Source: Camelus ferus (Eukaryota). Taken from it: a DNA stretch of 64,000 bases. Each line of letters begins with the position of its first letter. The stretch's first letter is position 1. Shown piece by piece: positions 63,791 through 64,000 of this stretch. A program made the position numbers and the translations under genes. The notes beneath the pieces were generated by a model that did not search any database, was not told where the DNA came from, and saw nothing but the letters and a program-made list of their open reading frames with translations. The stretch lies in NCBI RefSeq assembly GCF_009834535.1, contig NC_045697.1, positions 46,502,001 through 46,566,000 of the forward strand, in the 5' to 3' direction.

Positions 63791-64000
63791 CTAGAAAGTG
63801 AAAATGAGACAAATATCAAATATTTTGATTTTTTGATAATGGGGTCCAATTACCCAAAGATAACAAATGGAACATTGACAATGGGATTTTCATCCCAATC
63901 ATCTAGGGTTATATGGATAATCTTATGGGAATCATGAGCTTACAGTTTAGAAGAACAAATCTCTCTATTCAGCCATACCAAGAGCAGCTCACTCTATAAA

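Noticed and set aside
1..64000. CRISPR array, operon, NUMT or viral coding insert
   Set aside because: I saw no regularly spaced repeats, dense ORF clusters, or mitochondrial or viral gene-like sequence. The content is typical eutherian repeat-rich non-coding DNA.

Overview
This window is AT-rich mammalian genomic DNA, almost certainly from a camelid (camel, alpaca or llama). The evidence is six copies of the tRNA-derived Vic-1-type SINE (GGGGAGGGTATAGCTCAAGTGGTAGAG...CCCCAGTACCTCCAT) plus young lineage-specific L1 3' ends. I recognise no known protein-coding gene. The protein-like entries in the ORF track are frameshifted LINE-1 ORF2 fragments, and the rest look like chance ORFs. The window reads as intergenic or intronic sequence dense in transposon fossils: young and old L1, HAL1, L2, L3/CR1, MIR, MaLR/ERVL LTRs, Tigger1 and hAT MITEs, plus one U6 snRNA retrocopy. 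The best-supported points of interest are retrotransposition footprints: an L1 3' transduction inside a perfect 18-bp TSD, a clean twin-priming inversion, and triple-nested insertions. There are also two candidate minus-strand exons (about 56.5-56.8 kb and 63.4-63.8 kb) and repeat-poor, CpG-retaining stretches that may be regulatory, one with a CTCF-like motif. I find no sequence support for a new biological system. Repeat family names come from my recall of consensus sequences rather than a database search, and boundaries are approximate unless a TSD is quoted.
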